Assembly (NCBI GenBank): GCA_030141605.1
Contig: JAQGDQ010000367.1
Span: 124,001-188,000, forward strand
DNA length: 64,000 bases
Direction: 5' to 3'
Source of the DNA: Tubiluchus corallicola
Taxonomy: Eukaryota > Animalia > Priapulida
In this document: in pieces, positions 48,941 to 63,256 of the stretch
Layout of the letters: each line of letters starts with the position of its first letter
How positions within the stretch are numbered: the first letter of the stretch is position 1
The notes under the pieces: generated by a model
Databases searched by the model: none
What the model was told of the DNA's origin: nothing
What the model saw: the letters and a program-made list of their open reading frames with translations, nothing else
Position numbers and translations under genes: made by a program

Positions 48941-49502
48941 CATGTAGTTCCGAAGAACTGTAGAACGCATGGTTTGCAATACAAATGTACCACATTCACA
49001 AACAGAATATTGTATTAGCACTTGTAGTTCCGAAGAACTTTAGAATGCATGGTTTGCAATACAAATGTACGACATTAACAAACAGAACATTGTATTAGCA
49101 CATGTAGTTCCGAAGAACTTTAGAACGCATGGTTTGCAATACAAATGTACGACATTAACAAACAGAACATTGTATTAGCACATGTAGTTCCGAAGAACTT
49201 TAGAATGCATGGTTTGCAATACAAATGTCCGACATTAACAAACAGAACATTGTATTAGCACATGTAGTTCCGAAGAACTTTAGAATGCATGGTTTGCAAT
49301 ACAAATATACGACATTAACAAACAGAACATTGTATTAGCATATGTAGTTCCGAAGAACTTTAGAATGCATGGTTTGCAATACAATTGTACGACATTAACA
49401 AACAGAACATTGTATTAGCACATGTAGTTCCGAAGAACTTTAGAATGCATGGTTTGCAATACAAATGTACGACATTAACAAACAGAACATTGTATTAGCA
49501 CA
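48941..49502. repeat. Tandem array, 7 x 80 bp
   Basis: Unit catgtagttccgaagaactttagaatgcatggtttgcaatacaaatgtacgacattaacaaacagaacattgtattagca; few substitutions per copy, no spacers. Confidence 0.98.
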
Positions 49503-50339
49503 ATATATGTGCTAATAATAATGCCAACAGTAAGCAATACTAAGATATAACAGAGATCAAATAATTGTATTGACGCCATAATAATCAACTTTTTATTAAA
49601 AATATAATGGCCAAAGTTAAATTCATAAGATAGTCTGTCTACATGATCATAGGCATCATAATGTTTCTCATTGCACAGGCGTCTGCGTATTGCGTCAATC
49701 AAAGATGATCTCATTCTAGCTTAATCATTCACACAGTGTGAAACTTGGCAAATTGCAACCTTTGTGTTTTTCTTCCGCAAAGCTTCTGGGGGATGCGGAC
49801 GCTGGTCTTATGCGCTTATGTTAATTAGATTCACATATATATGAACATTAGGCTAAATAACAATGAACCATCGACCAATGAGTGCCTTTCTTACACACAA
49901 CAGAAAGTAAATATTCACTTGGTGTCAGTAAGTGCATATAACTATTGAAAAATGCAAATGTTGTTTATTTTCGTAATTTTGTTCAATGGTTGTAAACCTT
50001 GTCGAAAAAAGTCCTTGTTGATTCTAGAGAAGTCACATCGTAGGCGTTCTTGTAAAAGCCATTTTCTTCACTTTAGCACCGCCCTTTCTCAATAGCTTTG
50101 CATCACAACAATTCTCAAGTTGAAGTGGTTTCATTTCTTTGCCCAATTGCGAAGGGTCGATGAATTTCATATTTAGAATGGCTTCTTGTTGGCGCAGAGA
50201 TCGATGGCTTCTTGGTATTGAGAAATAAAGTGTGAAAAATGTTAAGTGCGATTTTCTCTTTGCACTTGTGAACAGATGAACCTTGTCGGTTTTGCGAACT
50301 TTTATCGCGTAGTCTAAAAAATAGCCACTGCTGTGGAAA

Positions 50340-50710
50340 CAACATTTATTAATAGCACAAAAAATAATACAAAAATATAATCTGAAATGCGTTTCGTCAT
50401 CAATATAACATCTTCAGTGAATGATTCAAAATGAGAATGTGTAATTCTAATTGACAAACCTAAAGTTGTGTAACAATATAAGCAAATTGAGGTCAACTGA
50501 AATTCACCCGAGAGCTTTCTAAGTTTAGCTTGGTTTGTCTGTTTACACGTATTTGTTTATATTGTTACATCATTTGAAATTGTTATCACTGCATTGGGCT
50601 GCTTAATTAGAATTACGCATTCTCGTTTTGAATCATTCACTCAAGATGTCAGGTTTATGATGAAATAAGTTTGAAATGATGCGTTTGTGTTTTTTTGTTA
50701 ATAAACATTT
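50340..50710. mobile_element. Palindromic MITE-like element
   Basis: acatcttcagtgaatgattcaaaatgagaatgtgtaattctaatt is inverted as aattagaattacgcattctcgttttgaatcattcactcaagatgt. Confidence 0.7.
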
Positions 50711-52932
50711 TGGCTCATAACTACAACTGATATTGCCAGTGCCACTGCTGCTGCTGATGATGTTGTTACTGCTGATGCTTCTGCTGTTGGGTTTCACTGG
50801 ATATTAAAGTCATCCGGCAAAGGCAGACAAAATCCCATAGAGTCCACACCAATGAATATTAAGCTCGTCCGGATCCCTTACTTCTGGCTGAATGTCCTGC
50901 CTAGTTGAAAGTCATTTGAAACCCCATCAATAGTTTCTTCGAAGATGTTGCTTTCAGTGCGCAATACTAAGTTTTGAGTGAAGCATGCTTCTTCGTTGTG
51001 ACGCCAGAAATTTGGCCTGCAGTCATGAATGACACAACTAAGGTAAATGACATCCTCGCGTCATCCTCAAGCACCACAAGAAGTCCAAACATAATCTGTT
51101 AATTGCAGGGGAGGGCTTGAGCTCAGATTCTCGCAATTCTTCTGTCAAGTAAATGTAGCACAGTGGGACTTGTCATAGAGATAAACTCTTGACACTCATA
51201 ATCTCAAGGTGTCTCGTGCAGACAGCAATAATGGAGAACCGCAGAATACGTAATAGCAGTATAAACGTGCTATTATCTATCCAGTGATGAAACAAGCTAT
51301 TAACTGTATACAACACTGATACAACCATTTTTTCTTATGTATAATTAAATGCGTTAGTAGCACTAGCCGGAATTATATTCATTTACATTCGGTTACACCA
51401 ACGCTGGTCACTGGTTAGCAGTAGCCTTAGCATTTTGAAAGTAGTAGTTCTCTCGGATTAATTAAGCATTGAAGGTTAGTTGCAGTTTTTTTAAACTCGG
51501 TGGGAAACTGAAACACTGCATCTCATTTAGGAGAACCTGTTTACAAGAACAATCAAATTACTGACACTAATTACACGCACAAACAAACTTTTTTTTAAAC
51601 GAAGAACTCTGCATTATTTTAATTTAATGATGTTGTAGAAAATAAGAAACATCATGGTTTCACGAAGAACAAAATTTACAACAAGAAAAAGTCAAATTAA
51701 CGAAGACAAGTAAAATTCTGGAAGCCATTGAGAGATACTATATTAAATGATGTTCGGGCTTCACTTTAAGTACCTGAAAAGTTGGACGAACAGGTTTTAA
51801 ACTTCCAACTATGCAAAACTGTCAAATCACATTATGCCACTTCGTATCTGAAAAGCATAGAATTATCTTTAACGACAGTAGGCAACGATGCGAGACGTTA
51901 GCGCGTTAGTGTATTTCTCGATCATTACTTCGATCCAAAATTGGTATTAATGTTTTCGCTTTCATTAACCAAAATTCATAGTAGTACGCGAACGTCCCAC
52001 GTAGTGTCTGGAAATGATGAATCCGCTAGATTTAAAACTTACCACAAGCGGATAGATGTGTTCCATTTAAGTGGTGTGTTTTACTGTAATTCTTCTAATC
52101 GTATAAATAGATTGTGATACAATTTACATTTAGCGTACTAATGACCATCAGAACTGCAAATGGAGGCATTATAAGATATTCAACTAAGTTTCAACTATCT
52201 CAAATTAAATTATGTTTCTCGCGGTTTGCAGGTTCTTAACTATCCCTTTTAGTTTCTTCCCTAAAAGGGGCCATCAGTTCCTGACACCCGTTAGTTTCTC
52301 AAGAAAACTGAGTAAGCTGAGTAAGCTGTATAATGTCTCCAGTTGTCCAACTGGATGACGGCTACATCTTCGTGATTTGTCGCATCACTTGTCGATGAAG
52401 ATGGTTTACTTTGCTTAGGGGAAATACAAATCCATCTAAAATAATTGCCGCGTATCCGATATCCGTCCTGCTGAGAATTAAGTCAACACGTGATTATTGT
52501 CTTCCGTCTCCGCTTGCCCGTCATCGTGTCGTGAAGCCTTACTCCGAGAAAAGAGGGGGCAAGACGGCTGCAGATTGACAAATGAAGTGAAATCACTTGT
52601 GAAATTGTTGGCTAGCTCGTTTATAAGGTACCATGCAAAGATTAATCAGACTTAGCAGCAGCAGCTCTTAATGATAAGCTTTGCAAAGTCAATGACAACA
52701 AAGTCAAGGTGACAAAAACCTCGTTATAAGTAGATGTTAAAACGTAATCGTTTTCTTTTTCTCTTCTTTTTTTCGTTTTCTTTTTTATTAGATATACGAC
52801 CTGTAATCTATTATGAAGCGGTTTCGAGCAGTTAATTCTGCAATATTGTTAATTCCCAAACTCCACACTAAAATCATAGAAAGAATTTGCTTAGCTAACA
52901 AAAGAGATTACATGAACTTTGTGCTACTGCAA

Positions 52933-53120
52933 CGGCGATCAGTGATAAAGTCACAGGAAAAAGTCACAATTTTGGCTAGGAAAAGGTCACAGCAAAAAGT
53001 CACAATTAATAATGGCAAAGGTTAGGGGTTAGTGTAGGGTTATGTTTGGGTTAGAGTTAGGGTTATATTTCCTGTGATTCTTTTGTTATTTTTTTACCTG
53101 CGAATTTTTTTTGCCTAGAC
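52933..53120 (+). mobile_element. Helentron/HINE-like non-autonomous element with telomere-like GGTTAG tract
   Basis: Repeated aaaaagtcaca, a degenerate (GGGTTA)n core and an inverted cctgtga downstream. Confidence 0.5.
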
Positions 53121-53535
53121 TTGCCTGATGCAGCTACCTTTGCCAGCATCACTGTTACTACCATCGCTATTGCTATTGTTTCAAAAATCTACTAGTTTTG
53201 TCAAGATTCGGTCGTTAACTGCCCATCGCGTCCGACGAAGGCTCCATCCGTCACTCGCGTCCAACTGCCTAGAAACGATAGTTCGTCAATTTCGATAGTG
53301 ATGTCAAGAATAACGGAGCTTACAAAAAACATCTCATAAAATAGTCCCGATACAAGTTTGTTTTTTCATCTTGAGACTAAGAAGTCGTGGTATCTTCATG
53401 CGCAGATTAAAATGTTCTATGCAAAAATGAGAAAAAATTATGCTGAAAATTGTACAGTTATATTTCATATATTATTATATTATATACTCTACTATAACAT
53501 ATATAACATACTTATAATACTATAATATACTTATA

Positions 53536-53538
53536 TTA

Positions 53539-53625
<87 letters not shown>
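53536..53625. repeat. (TTA)n microsatellite
   Basis: Directly visible. Confidence 0.97.
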
Positions 53626-53626
<1 letters not shown>

Positions 53627-56600
53627 CTCACCCGCGTAAGCACTAACATTTTCTTGAGGGCAGGTGCCCAAAATATTTACAAATTTTTTTAACCTATTTT
53701 GGCGTCAATAGAACATTTGCTTTTTATTACTTTTTTGATATTGGGATCGCTTTTCCTCGTCATTTGCACATTTTTTTTTACTTTTGGATAAAAATTTCAA
53801 AATCTTCATAGTAAAAGAAACAGTCTGTCAAGTTTCACAAGACTTGTGTATTCTACTTTAGAATCGATGAAAAATTGCCTTAGAAACTGCAATCTAAATT
53901 TTCTTTTTCACTCAATGGGAAATTCCAGTCGTGAGCTGAATACAAGCTAAACCTTAGTTTATCTTCTGATCAAAAAAGCTTAAAAGAAGACATTGAAGTT
54001 GTAGTAGATAGTCCAAAGAAAGTATACGTGTCACGTGCATTGCCTTCCTGAAAAACTAAAAACCGTTTTCCTTATATTCCCGGCTTCCAGATTCTCAGCA
54101 AGTATTTTATTTCTCTGTCTATCGTTTCTGTTACCCGCCTTTTTAAAGAGATTTGCATTCACAGGGATCAGAAGCAGGCTTAGCACAATGGAGTCTTTTT
54201 TTCTAATCAACTGAAATACAATTCCTAGTTTTTTTCTGCTAATGAGCCAGATGAACACAACCAAATCAATGAATCACATTCAAAGAAGATCATAATTATT
54301 TTCTCAGCGTATCATTTCTTGCCAATCAATAGTTACAGTAGTTATACACGCATATTGCAAAACAAACGAATACATTTCAATGAATAGTCATTAGGCTTAT
54401 TTCTCTCTGCTATCAGCCTAGCGTTCCTGCTTTATGAGAGAACAGACGTACGTTAACCATCTTGTCCTCTAAATCACTTTTTCATTGTCCCATCTACAGG
54501 CTTAATATGGCTTCTTACTTTTCATTTTAAAGGAAATTCTAATCACTGCTTCCCACTGCACAGTTAGCTGGCGCTTGCTGCATAGCTGTCAATTACCCTG
54601 TTGTCTACCTGTATGCCATTTTCTTGCCGCTCATGTGTCCATATGTCTGCTTCTTTGCCTTCTTTGTTGAGTGGCTGCAAACCTGCCTGCCAACCAGCCT
54701 GCCTACTTGTCTGCCTATGCATTTCAAGACACGTTAAGTTCACCAAGTTGACGGATCACAAACTGTTTTTTTTTGGAGTGAAACCGGGGGAGGGGGTTAT
54801 GTACTGTAACCACCGAAAGCTAATGATTTCTTACTAAAATAAAAAAAGAACAGAGAAAGATTCGAACTTACAGTACTCAAAACGTAAGATCACCTATAAT
54901 ATCGAGTACGTATTTCAACGCTCGTCAATAAGGACTTTTCACTTGATGTTTTCTTTGTAAACTGCGTACAATTACTCATAACACGAAGTATTGAAATGCG
55001 GTAGTAATACATTTCATTACTTAAAGCAATTATGGTATACAATTTGCGAGAATCAATACGTAATTTGTACATCTGTCATTCAATTAAAGTATGCCTACCC
55101 TCAAGCCACTTCTCCAAACGTTTCCAAACCATGATAATGATAGGAAGACCATTTGTTCAAACAGGAAGACATGAGCTGCGAGTTTCTATTGATCTGAACC
55201 GTCAGCTGTTCGGCTTTTCGCAGTTTGACCGTTCAAAGTGTTCGGACGGAAATTAGCGAAACTGGAGATTTCGTCAAATTAGTGTCATGGGCACGAAACT
55301 GGCAGATTTACAGTAAGCAAATAACTTGTGAAGGGTTTGTGAAAAAGATGCAATCAGTAACTTATTGTTAGAAATTTCTACTAAAAATAGCAAGAAATAA
55401 ATTGCACATTTCTCCTCCGCATATTTGCACACAAGAAAGATTTCATTATTAGCTTACAAATTTCTAAATCTGGATAAATCGAACTAGAGCAAAATGTCTA
55501 TACAGGGCATTAATATTAGTAAAGCAAAACTGATTTGCATCAATACCAAATTCCTATTCAATTAGTAAAACAGTTTTGGCTTTCTTGTCAGCTTTTAGAA
55601 AGATGCTAAAATGCTGTATTAAAAATGTCTTTTATTTACCACTGTGTATTAGACAAAAACAAGAACAAAAATGTGCACTACTATTTAAAAAAAAATTATA
55701 GGGTGGGCCCACAGTTTTTCCTCTAAAAGTAAACGTTGAAGTGCTAAATTGGTAGGTGTAATATTAAGAAAAACCAACAAAATGAAGGTAATCGCTTGTG
55801 GAATTAGCATAGGATTCGCGCAATGAATGCCATTCATAAAATTTATTGACTGTAAATTAAAACGAAAATCGAATTCCCACCACAAGTCGGTCACTCGGCA
55901 ATATTTAATTTAAAAAAGTAGGTAATAATACCGTTTATTAGCAGCAAAACATAAATAAGGAAAAAGTGCAAAATTCCTTGTAATTTGAGCCCTCTAATTT
56001 TAGTGTGAATGCAGTCTGAGCCTGTGCATGCGCAATAAAAATTTCCTGTTCAATAGATGATTGATTATCTGGTCACAGGGCCTTTAACTTGTACCATTCC
56101 TTGTCCCAATAGTTTCATTGTTCTTTCTGCAATGTTCTTAAAGCGCCAATAATAGGCTCGTCGGTGTATTCATTGCATTGTTTATTTTCCAAATCAATTC
56201 ATTGTCTTCCAGAATAAGTCTTCGTAGACTAAGTATACGAGTCTTGCATTTTCATTAACATCATCTTCTCTGGCTTTCATATTTGTTGAGGTCTAATTGA
56301 TTTTTCTGGCTGTACATCGAATATGATTAGGACGTTTCAATTAAATGGACATGTGGATATGTCTCGCGGGAAGTTATAACGTACAAAATGATGAACATAA
56401 ACTGATACCCGAAACAAAATCTTGAGAAACTGTGACCAAAAGTATTTAGCTAATGGTTAAGATGACATCAGTCGTGAAATTACGGCTGCATATACGTGAG
56501 TATATTAACCATAGTATGTGTAATACATACGGTATTTAATGTAACTTCAGCATTTCTTCATACACGATATTTTTTCTTTACACTTCTTTAACATTTACCA

Positions 56601-56949
56601 AGATTGTACACTGCCAAACACTAGAAGCAAAGCAACACTAAAACCTTATTTAATATGATATTTTCATAGATATTTAAGTGCAGCTACAAGAATGTGGTTG
56701 TGATTATTTATAATTGTGGAGAATAGTACAAGATGTTTGTGAAGCCCGCTATTAAATGACCTCATAAATCAGCCTGATCTTTTAATCAACAATTGACACA
56801 AGAAAAATACAGCAAAAGAATAAATCAGTGATAGGTAATGCTTAATGAAATGTGTTATGCCAAAGTTAAAGTGGTCAGAACTATTTTGAGATTTTTAAAG
56901 CTCCAGAACATCACATCGCTGTTATTTGACTTGCAATCCATAATAATTA

Positions 56950-57100
56950 TAATAAATAAAATATTCTGTGAATATCATTTTATAATATATATAAATACAG
57001 AACAGAATAGGGCTTAAAATGGTTCCTTGTGGGACGTTGTTAGTGCTCTTTCTCATTAGTGTGACAAGCAAGTTTCTGATGATTGAAATATCCTTGCAAT
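56950..57100 (-). mobile_element. Highly decayed LINE RT remnant
   Basis: Minus strand NVPQGTILSPILFCIYI, matching the RT motif GVPQGSxLxPxLFxxY. Confidence 0.6.
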
Positions 57101-57799
57101 GATCACTGAGTGGGGATATTTAAAGGCATTGTTAGCAACGCTAATTATTGAACAATACTGGTACGTGTAGTCTCGCTTATTGAGGTGAATACGATAGACC
57201 TACTACATTGGTATTTATAAGCCTACACTTTTCCATGACAGCGATTAGAGTCATTTTGTGATGAGAATAATTAATTTAGTTGCAATTAATTTGCTATTAA
57301 TAGGGCTAAAATCTACATAAATTCTGAATAATTGTTTTACATGAGCAAAATTTAAGATAAGCAAAACTAATGTAATTTTATCAAGTAGTAAAAATTACAT
57401 CATATAGATTCTTGCACTTCAAGTTACAGGTTTCAATGCAAAATGATTAACTATACAAGTAAAATACATATTGGAAGCCACATACGAAAACAAATTACTT
57501 ATAAAACAATCGTGAAAATCAACACACAAAATAAAATTATCACTATTATTAAGATGCACTCAGTTATTAACCAAAATATGTGCATTGAGCTTGCATATCA
57601 TTACTGGTCATTTGCACACAAACATAAAATAGCTTCTAAGATGCAGCAAATTTGATTTATGTCTTTATTATTATATTATTTATGTTTCATTTCAGCCAAA
57701 ATAGCATTAGCCATATTACAATATTAAAAGAGACATTCTGTCGGTAGCACAACATTCTGTTTTGAGAGTTCAGCTGGCAATTCAGATGCTAAGATGTTT

Positions 57800-58620
57800 T
57801 AAAAACACTCTTCATAAAAATAAAGTTTAAACAATTTGTCTTGAAATTTTGTATCAATTACATGCTGTCATGTTGCACGCAGTCAAGTTGCAATTACCTG
57901 AAATTTAAAAAACTGTAGAATATTTTTCGCTAACAAAGCAAAAGTTTAGATTACTTTATATCGTCAATAAGATATTTGCGTTTTTAGTACGCACTGGGAT
58001 GGCGATGCACTGTCGTTTTTCTGAGTGGCGCGAACATTTTAAATTATTAAGAATTTTCTAGTTGTAGTATCCTGGTCGTAGAAAATCTAATTATTGTTAG
58101 CGCCATCCATTGTCTATATACATAATGAATAAACAAGTTTGAATGTAGGAACTACCACACTAGTAAATGTCTTTCAAGCAGGTAACTGTAATGCTAAGTA
58201 GTATAACTTTGTATGGAAATTCTTTGGGACATACTGTAAAATGCATTTTCTTCCCCTTTGAGCTCTAAGTATTTTTCATTAATCCTAAATTTATTTCAGC
58301 AATCTTCTTCTTTAAATTTAAGTAAGTTTTTCTTGTATTTAAATCGGTCAGAGTAGTTATCTTATCTTTCAATTATTACCTTTGCAAACAAAACATCCAC
58401 TGATTGTTTGCTTGTGTAATCTATTACTGATAATGACTGCAGGCTCCAATCCAAACGTACGCTTTTTAACATTATTTTTTTATCTTAAAACATTTTTAAT
58501 TATTAAAATTTTTTTCAGTTACACAAGTCTTTCAAACACGTAAGCGTAATGCTAAGTAATATAACTTTGTGTAGAAAGCTCTTTGGGATGCACTTTAAAT
58601 TTCCCTTTCTTCCCTCTTTA
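57800..58620 (-). mobile_element. Two partial inverted copies of repeat family A
   Basis: aaaacactcttcataaa..gtcttgaaatttt as at 26200; gtctttcaa..gtaatgctaagta..ataactttgt occurs at ~58170 and ~58525. Confidence 0.75.
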
Positions 58621-59116
58621 TCGTTGTGTTAACAAATTTGTAAAGCTTACAGAGTATCTCTCTGTAGTAAGTGCTCTACGCTCTACACTTCTAGTTTAAC
58701 AGACACGCTGGATGATAGACACGCGAGGCTTAAAAGTCGTTACATGTGGGAATAAACCTGATTTGTTTCACAAGTATAAGCTGAACAAATTTCAGAAACC
58801 GGTAAAATTCATGCAATGGCTTCAAGCTTTAAATGCGCTTACAAAAAGGGTGACATTCGGGAATTCCCACATTCTGTAATGAATAACGTAAACAACTAGC
58901 ATTGAACGCGTACCCAAAAGGTGCAGCTATCATTATTAGTTGCTCCAGCAAACGTTCACGCATTTCTGTTGTTTGCGAAACGCTACTATTTTAGAACTCA
59001 TAAACAATGCACTACGTGGAAAGCGCGCGCATTATTGATTGTTGGTGAGCGGATAGCATTAGTCGTTGACGTGTAGCTAGGTACCACAGTGATTATTTGA
59101 CGAATGAGATTTGATG

Positions 59117-59285
59117 GCACAGCCTCAGTTCGCACAACTTCAGTACCAAGAACCTCAGCAACGGCAGCCTCAGTACCCACACTCAGTACCCTCAACCTTA
59201 GCACCTACAGCCTCAGTACCCACAACCTCAGTGCCCAAAATCTTCGTACCCGCACAACCTCGGTACCGGTAGCCTCCACACGCTC
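59117..59285 (+). repeat. Degenerate ~15-bp minisatellite (caacctcagtaccca), like DNA-transposon subterminal repeats
   Basis: About 10 imperfect units visible. Confidence 0.75.
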
Positions 59286-62200
59286 AGTGGGGAACGCCAA
59301 ATTATTTCACCACTTGGTTTCACCTAGTTATTAAAGACATACAAACAAAAATGTTCTCACAAGCAGCATGAATGCTTTTGACTAGTAAATGGCATTGATA
59401 TCCTTTTTATTTAAATACACCTGAGGCGACACAGGAAAACTCTAATAAATCCAATTGTTGTCACGTTGACGTGGTGCAGCTTTTTAGCAAAGTGCAAATT
59501 GCAACAGGCCAGGCAAGTATTCTTGGGTCATGCAGTTAAGTAACTCACATTTTCACGTTTATCAATTTTTCGTTATTAATTATCCATAATCACTGCTGTT
59601 TGTTCGCTTAAAAGATTTGTTTAATTGTTTGCTTTGCAATTCCCAAGTGTTGTTTTAATTGGCATGTTTACTGATTATTACAAAACGTTTATAGTTTTTA
59701 GTGATGACACTGAGGCACCATGCAAACAAAAAGAATGCTGATGTCTTCTGAAAAGTGTCAATTTGGACTATTAAATTGTTACCTCTGTTTAAGGTTGTAA
59801 ATATTAGTTTTATATTCAATAAACTACTACCATTACTACTAATAAGTAATCATTGCGCAATACTAATGTCTAATGTACGTGGCACAATACAGGCAAAGTC
59901 AAGTCGTGTAACCGTACAGGTTAGTAAGGTAGTTAGGAAAAGCCAAAATCTGATGATCATTATTAATTTATTTTTAAAATAGGTAAACCTTCGTGCACAA
60001 TGTAATACAACCATCATCTAATTAACGTAATAACAAAGTATGACTTTGTACTTTGCTAAGCTTAGATAAGCCTCTAGGCTGCTCAAGAAATAAATACTTT
60101 TTGATACTTTTTATTGACGTACTAACCTTTTTATATATGATCGCATTAATGTACGTATCGTGTAGATCGAAAATAAATGATAATAAAAAATAGCACCTGG
60201 GTACATAGAAAATACGTTAAAAGGGGTATACAGGCCTACAAGAAACTAAAGCAAAACAGGGAGCATAGAGGAAGCAATATGTGACGGTAAGTGCATGAAG
60301 ATGCACAATATATTCAGGTCGACACAAACAACAAAATGGTGGTTCTCTGTAAGAGCAGCAGAATTAATCAAATTTATTTAATTAGTACCAAACTAATAAT
60401 TATTGGATCATTTCATGCTTAAATTTTCTTTTAAATGTATTTATGACTTGTGTTCATTAATGTTATTGCAAAAAGTATAGGCTCAGTGTTAGTAACGAAG
60501 TACTTTTGCCATATCAGTAACTGTTCAGCAATACTTTAGTCACAAACTCAAAAAATCTCATTGAATGAACCACGTCATTATCTAATATCAAGTCGAAAGA
60601 AAGACTTTTTCCATATTTTGCAGTGCGTCATGTATACAAACTGATAGCTACAAAGACGAGTAGTCGAGCGAAGTTAGGGTTTGATAAATGTCCATGCGCT
60701 TAGCTGTAAAAGATTCTTCATATGTAGTTATCTGCGTTGTACAGAAATCGTCCATCATGGTGTGACACAAATGAAGCACGCAGTCTAACCTTTTTATCGT
60801 AGAGTTTAGTTTGGTAAACATAGTGTAGAGATTCGAGCAAGTGCTGAACTCAAATGTTTTGGAATGTCTTGTAATTTGATTTGCAAGAGTTTTCATGGTT
60901 TCCCTGTTGCACTACAACCCATATCACAAAACTTGGCCGCTACCTATGCACCAAAGCACTTCAGCTGTGCATGGTAAAATCTCCTTTGCACGAGTCCGCT
61001 TCGTCGTGAGGATTCACCATAATACCTTGCGGCAATTTATTTTACGGTGGAATGTTTTAAGAAATGTTTAACGTACGCGACTCAGAGGCGGTTTTTTATT
61101 GAAAACTTGTGCGCTTCAGCGTAAAATAAATCAAACGCTATTCTACTAAAAGGCTTGCATGGCTGTAGGCTAACGTGGATGACACTGTTAAGCGAATCTC
61201 AACACTCAGAAACAAACTCAGTGCAGACTTTACAGGTGCCTTATCTTGAGTGAAAAAATATTGAATAAAATTTCACATCAAGTTTCTCTCTATGCGAACA
61301 TAAAGTTAACCCACACCTATCTACGGCAGAAATCATAAGCCTTGTTTACGCTAAGCAAAAATACTCTACCCGTCCTGGATCTTCTACGTCTGGATCTAAT
61401 GTAAACAGTCAGACAGTCAGAAAAATACTACAGGTACGGGACTTTCCACAACTATCTACATTAATAAGCTTCTCCACATCTTTCGTTTATTTAAAATTTG
61501 TGTTAAGATCGATGAAATCTCACCTACTTGAACTTACTTGATGTTGTGAACCACATAATGTAATAAATAAACAAAATAACATATATCTCTTCTCGATAAT
61601 GTGATGTAATGTTATTGTTGTTGTTGTTGTTGTCGTCGTTGTTCCTGTTGCTACTGGCGTTATTGTTATTTGTTACTGTTATTGCTAGTGTTAGTGTTAG
61701 TGTTGGCGTTATTGTTATTGTTATTGTTGTCAGGAAATCAACTAGAACTTAATTTTATGCATTTATTTCACAATTTAAATATTATACAGAAAAGTATTTA
61801 AAATATTCAAAGTGAGATTTTAAACTAAAATAATGCATTCGTTGCATTTTATTTATTTTGATTATACAATCGTGATACCGACATAACCTAATAATATGGT
61901 TCCTAACTTTCCTAACACCAACGGCTGTTATGAATCATCAATTTTCCTAGCACGTTTTTCCCACCTATATTAGATTTTTTAATCTCCTCCTGTAGACGTC
62001 TCTCCTGTCCTCTCCTCGCATTCCCTTTTCTTTCCCCCAGGAACCTTCCCCTCCCCTCCCCTTTCTCTTCTCTTCTCTTCTCTTCTCTTTTCTTCTTCTG
62101 TTGTTGATCATTTCTTAATTATTAACATATATATAAATAATAAAAACTTCTTAGATCTTCTGGTCAGAATCTTTAAAATTAGGCCACAACACAAAATAAG

Positions 62201-63043
62201 ACTGGATATTGCAATAACAGTTTAGAACTCTACTAGCAATTAAAGAAGGCCACACACTTTGAATCTGTGCCTGACGAACCGAATTTGAACAGAAAATTAT
62301 TAAATTGCATCAAAGAGGAAGATTCTTGCGAGACAGAATAAATTTACATCAGTAATTCTATCCCGTGAGGTTGGCTTTTCCTGCATCACGTGTTGCGTCA
62401 GTTGCCCTTGACAACGAGTCTCCTGTCAAAATGCTTCTGGCAGTGTGCAGTTATTTGCTCAAAATCGACTAGGCAGTTCGTGAAAGGTTTTATAAGATGT
62501 AGGCCTATTCACCACACAGATTTTTTAAATTTTTATTTGTATTGTGTTTTAACATTATAGTTTAGGCCCAGGTTTATATTTCTTGTTATTATAGCTGCCA
62601 TTGATTTTGCGCAAATGACCAACATTGGCTCACTAGCAATGACGACGTTATTAATAATTAAACACGTTTACACATTTTGCAGTAAATGATCCGCAAACTT
62701 TTCTCTAAAGGTTTTATGCATCAGTTATTTCACCTTACGTTAATTTATTAAATTTTTAATTTGACAGCTTGTAACATTTTCATACCGTACATATTTTGCC
62801 CTAGTTGTGCAGCGTACATAGTAGCTACGGTATTCACAACTTTCTAATGAGTGAATCTCAAAACAGGCGCTCAGTCTTACAGTATTATGCTCTCAGTCTC
62901 AAAAAAGGCACAGAATGGATTCACCAAGCCATGACTATGCCCTAGACTTTTTTGTTTTCTACAGCACTAAAATCTTCCATCCACTATTATTGACCAGCTA
63001 ACACCAAGGTATACTAGGTACTACAGTGCAGGTGCTATGCCAC

Positions 63044-63256
<213 letters not shown>

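Noticed and set aside
48941-49502. CRISPR array
   Set aside because: Units are fully repeated with no unique spacers, there are no cas genes, and the context is eukaryotic.
53020-53065. Interstitial telomere or fusion site
   Set aside because: Short, degenerate and embedded in a repeat element.
59104-59334. Mucin-like T/S/V/P ORF
   Set aside because: Product of a 15-bp minisatellite whose register shifts frame; no splice support.
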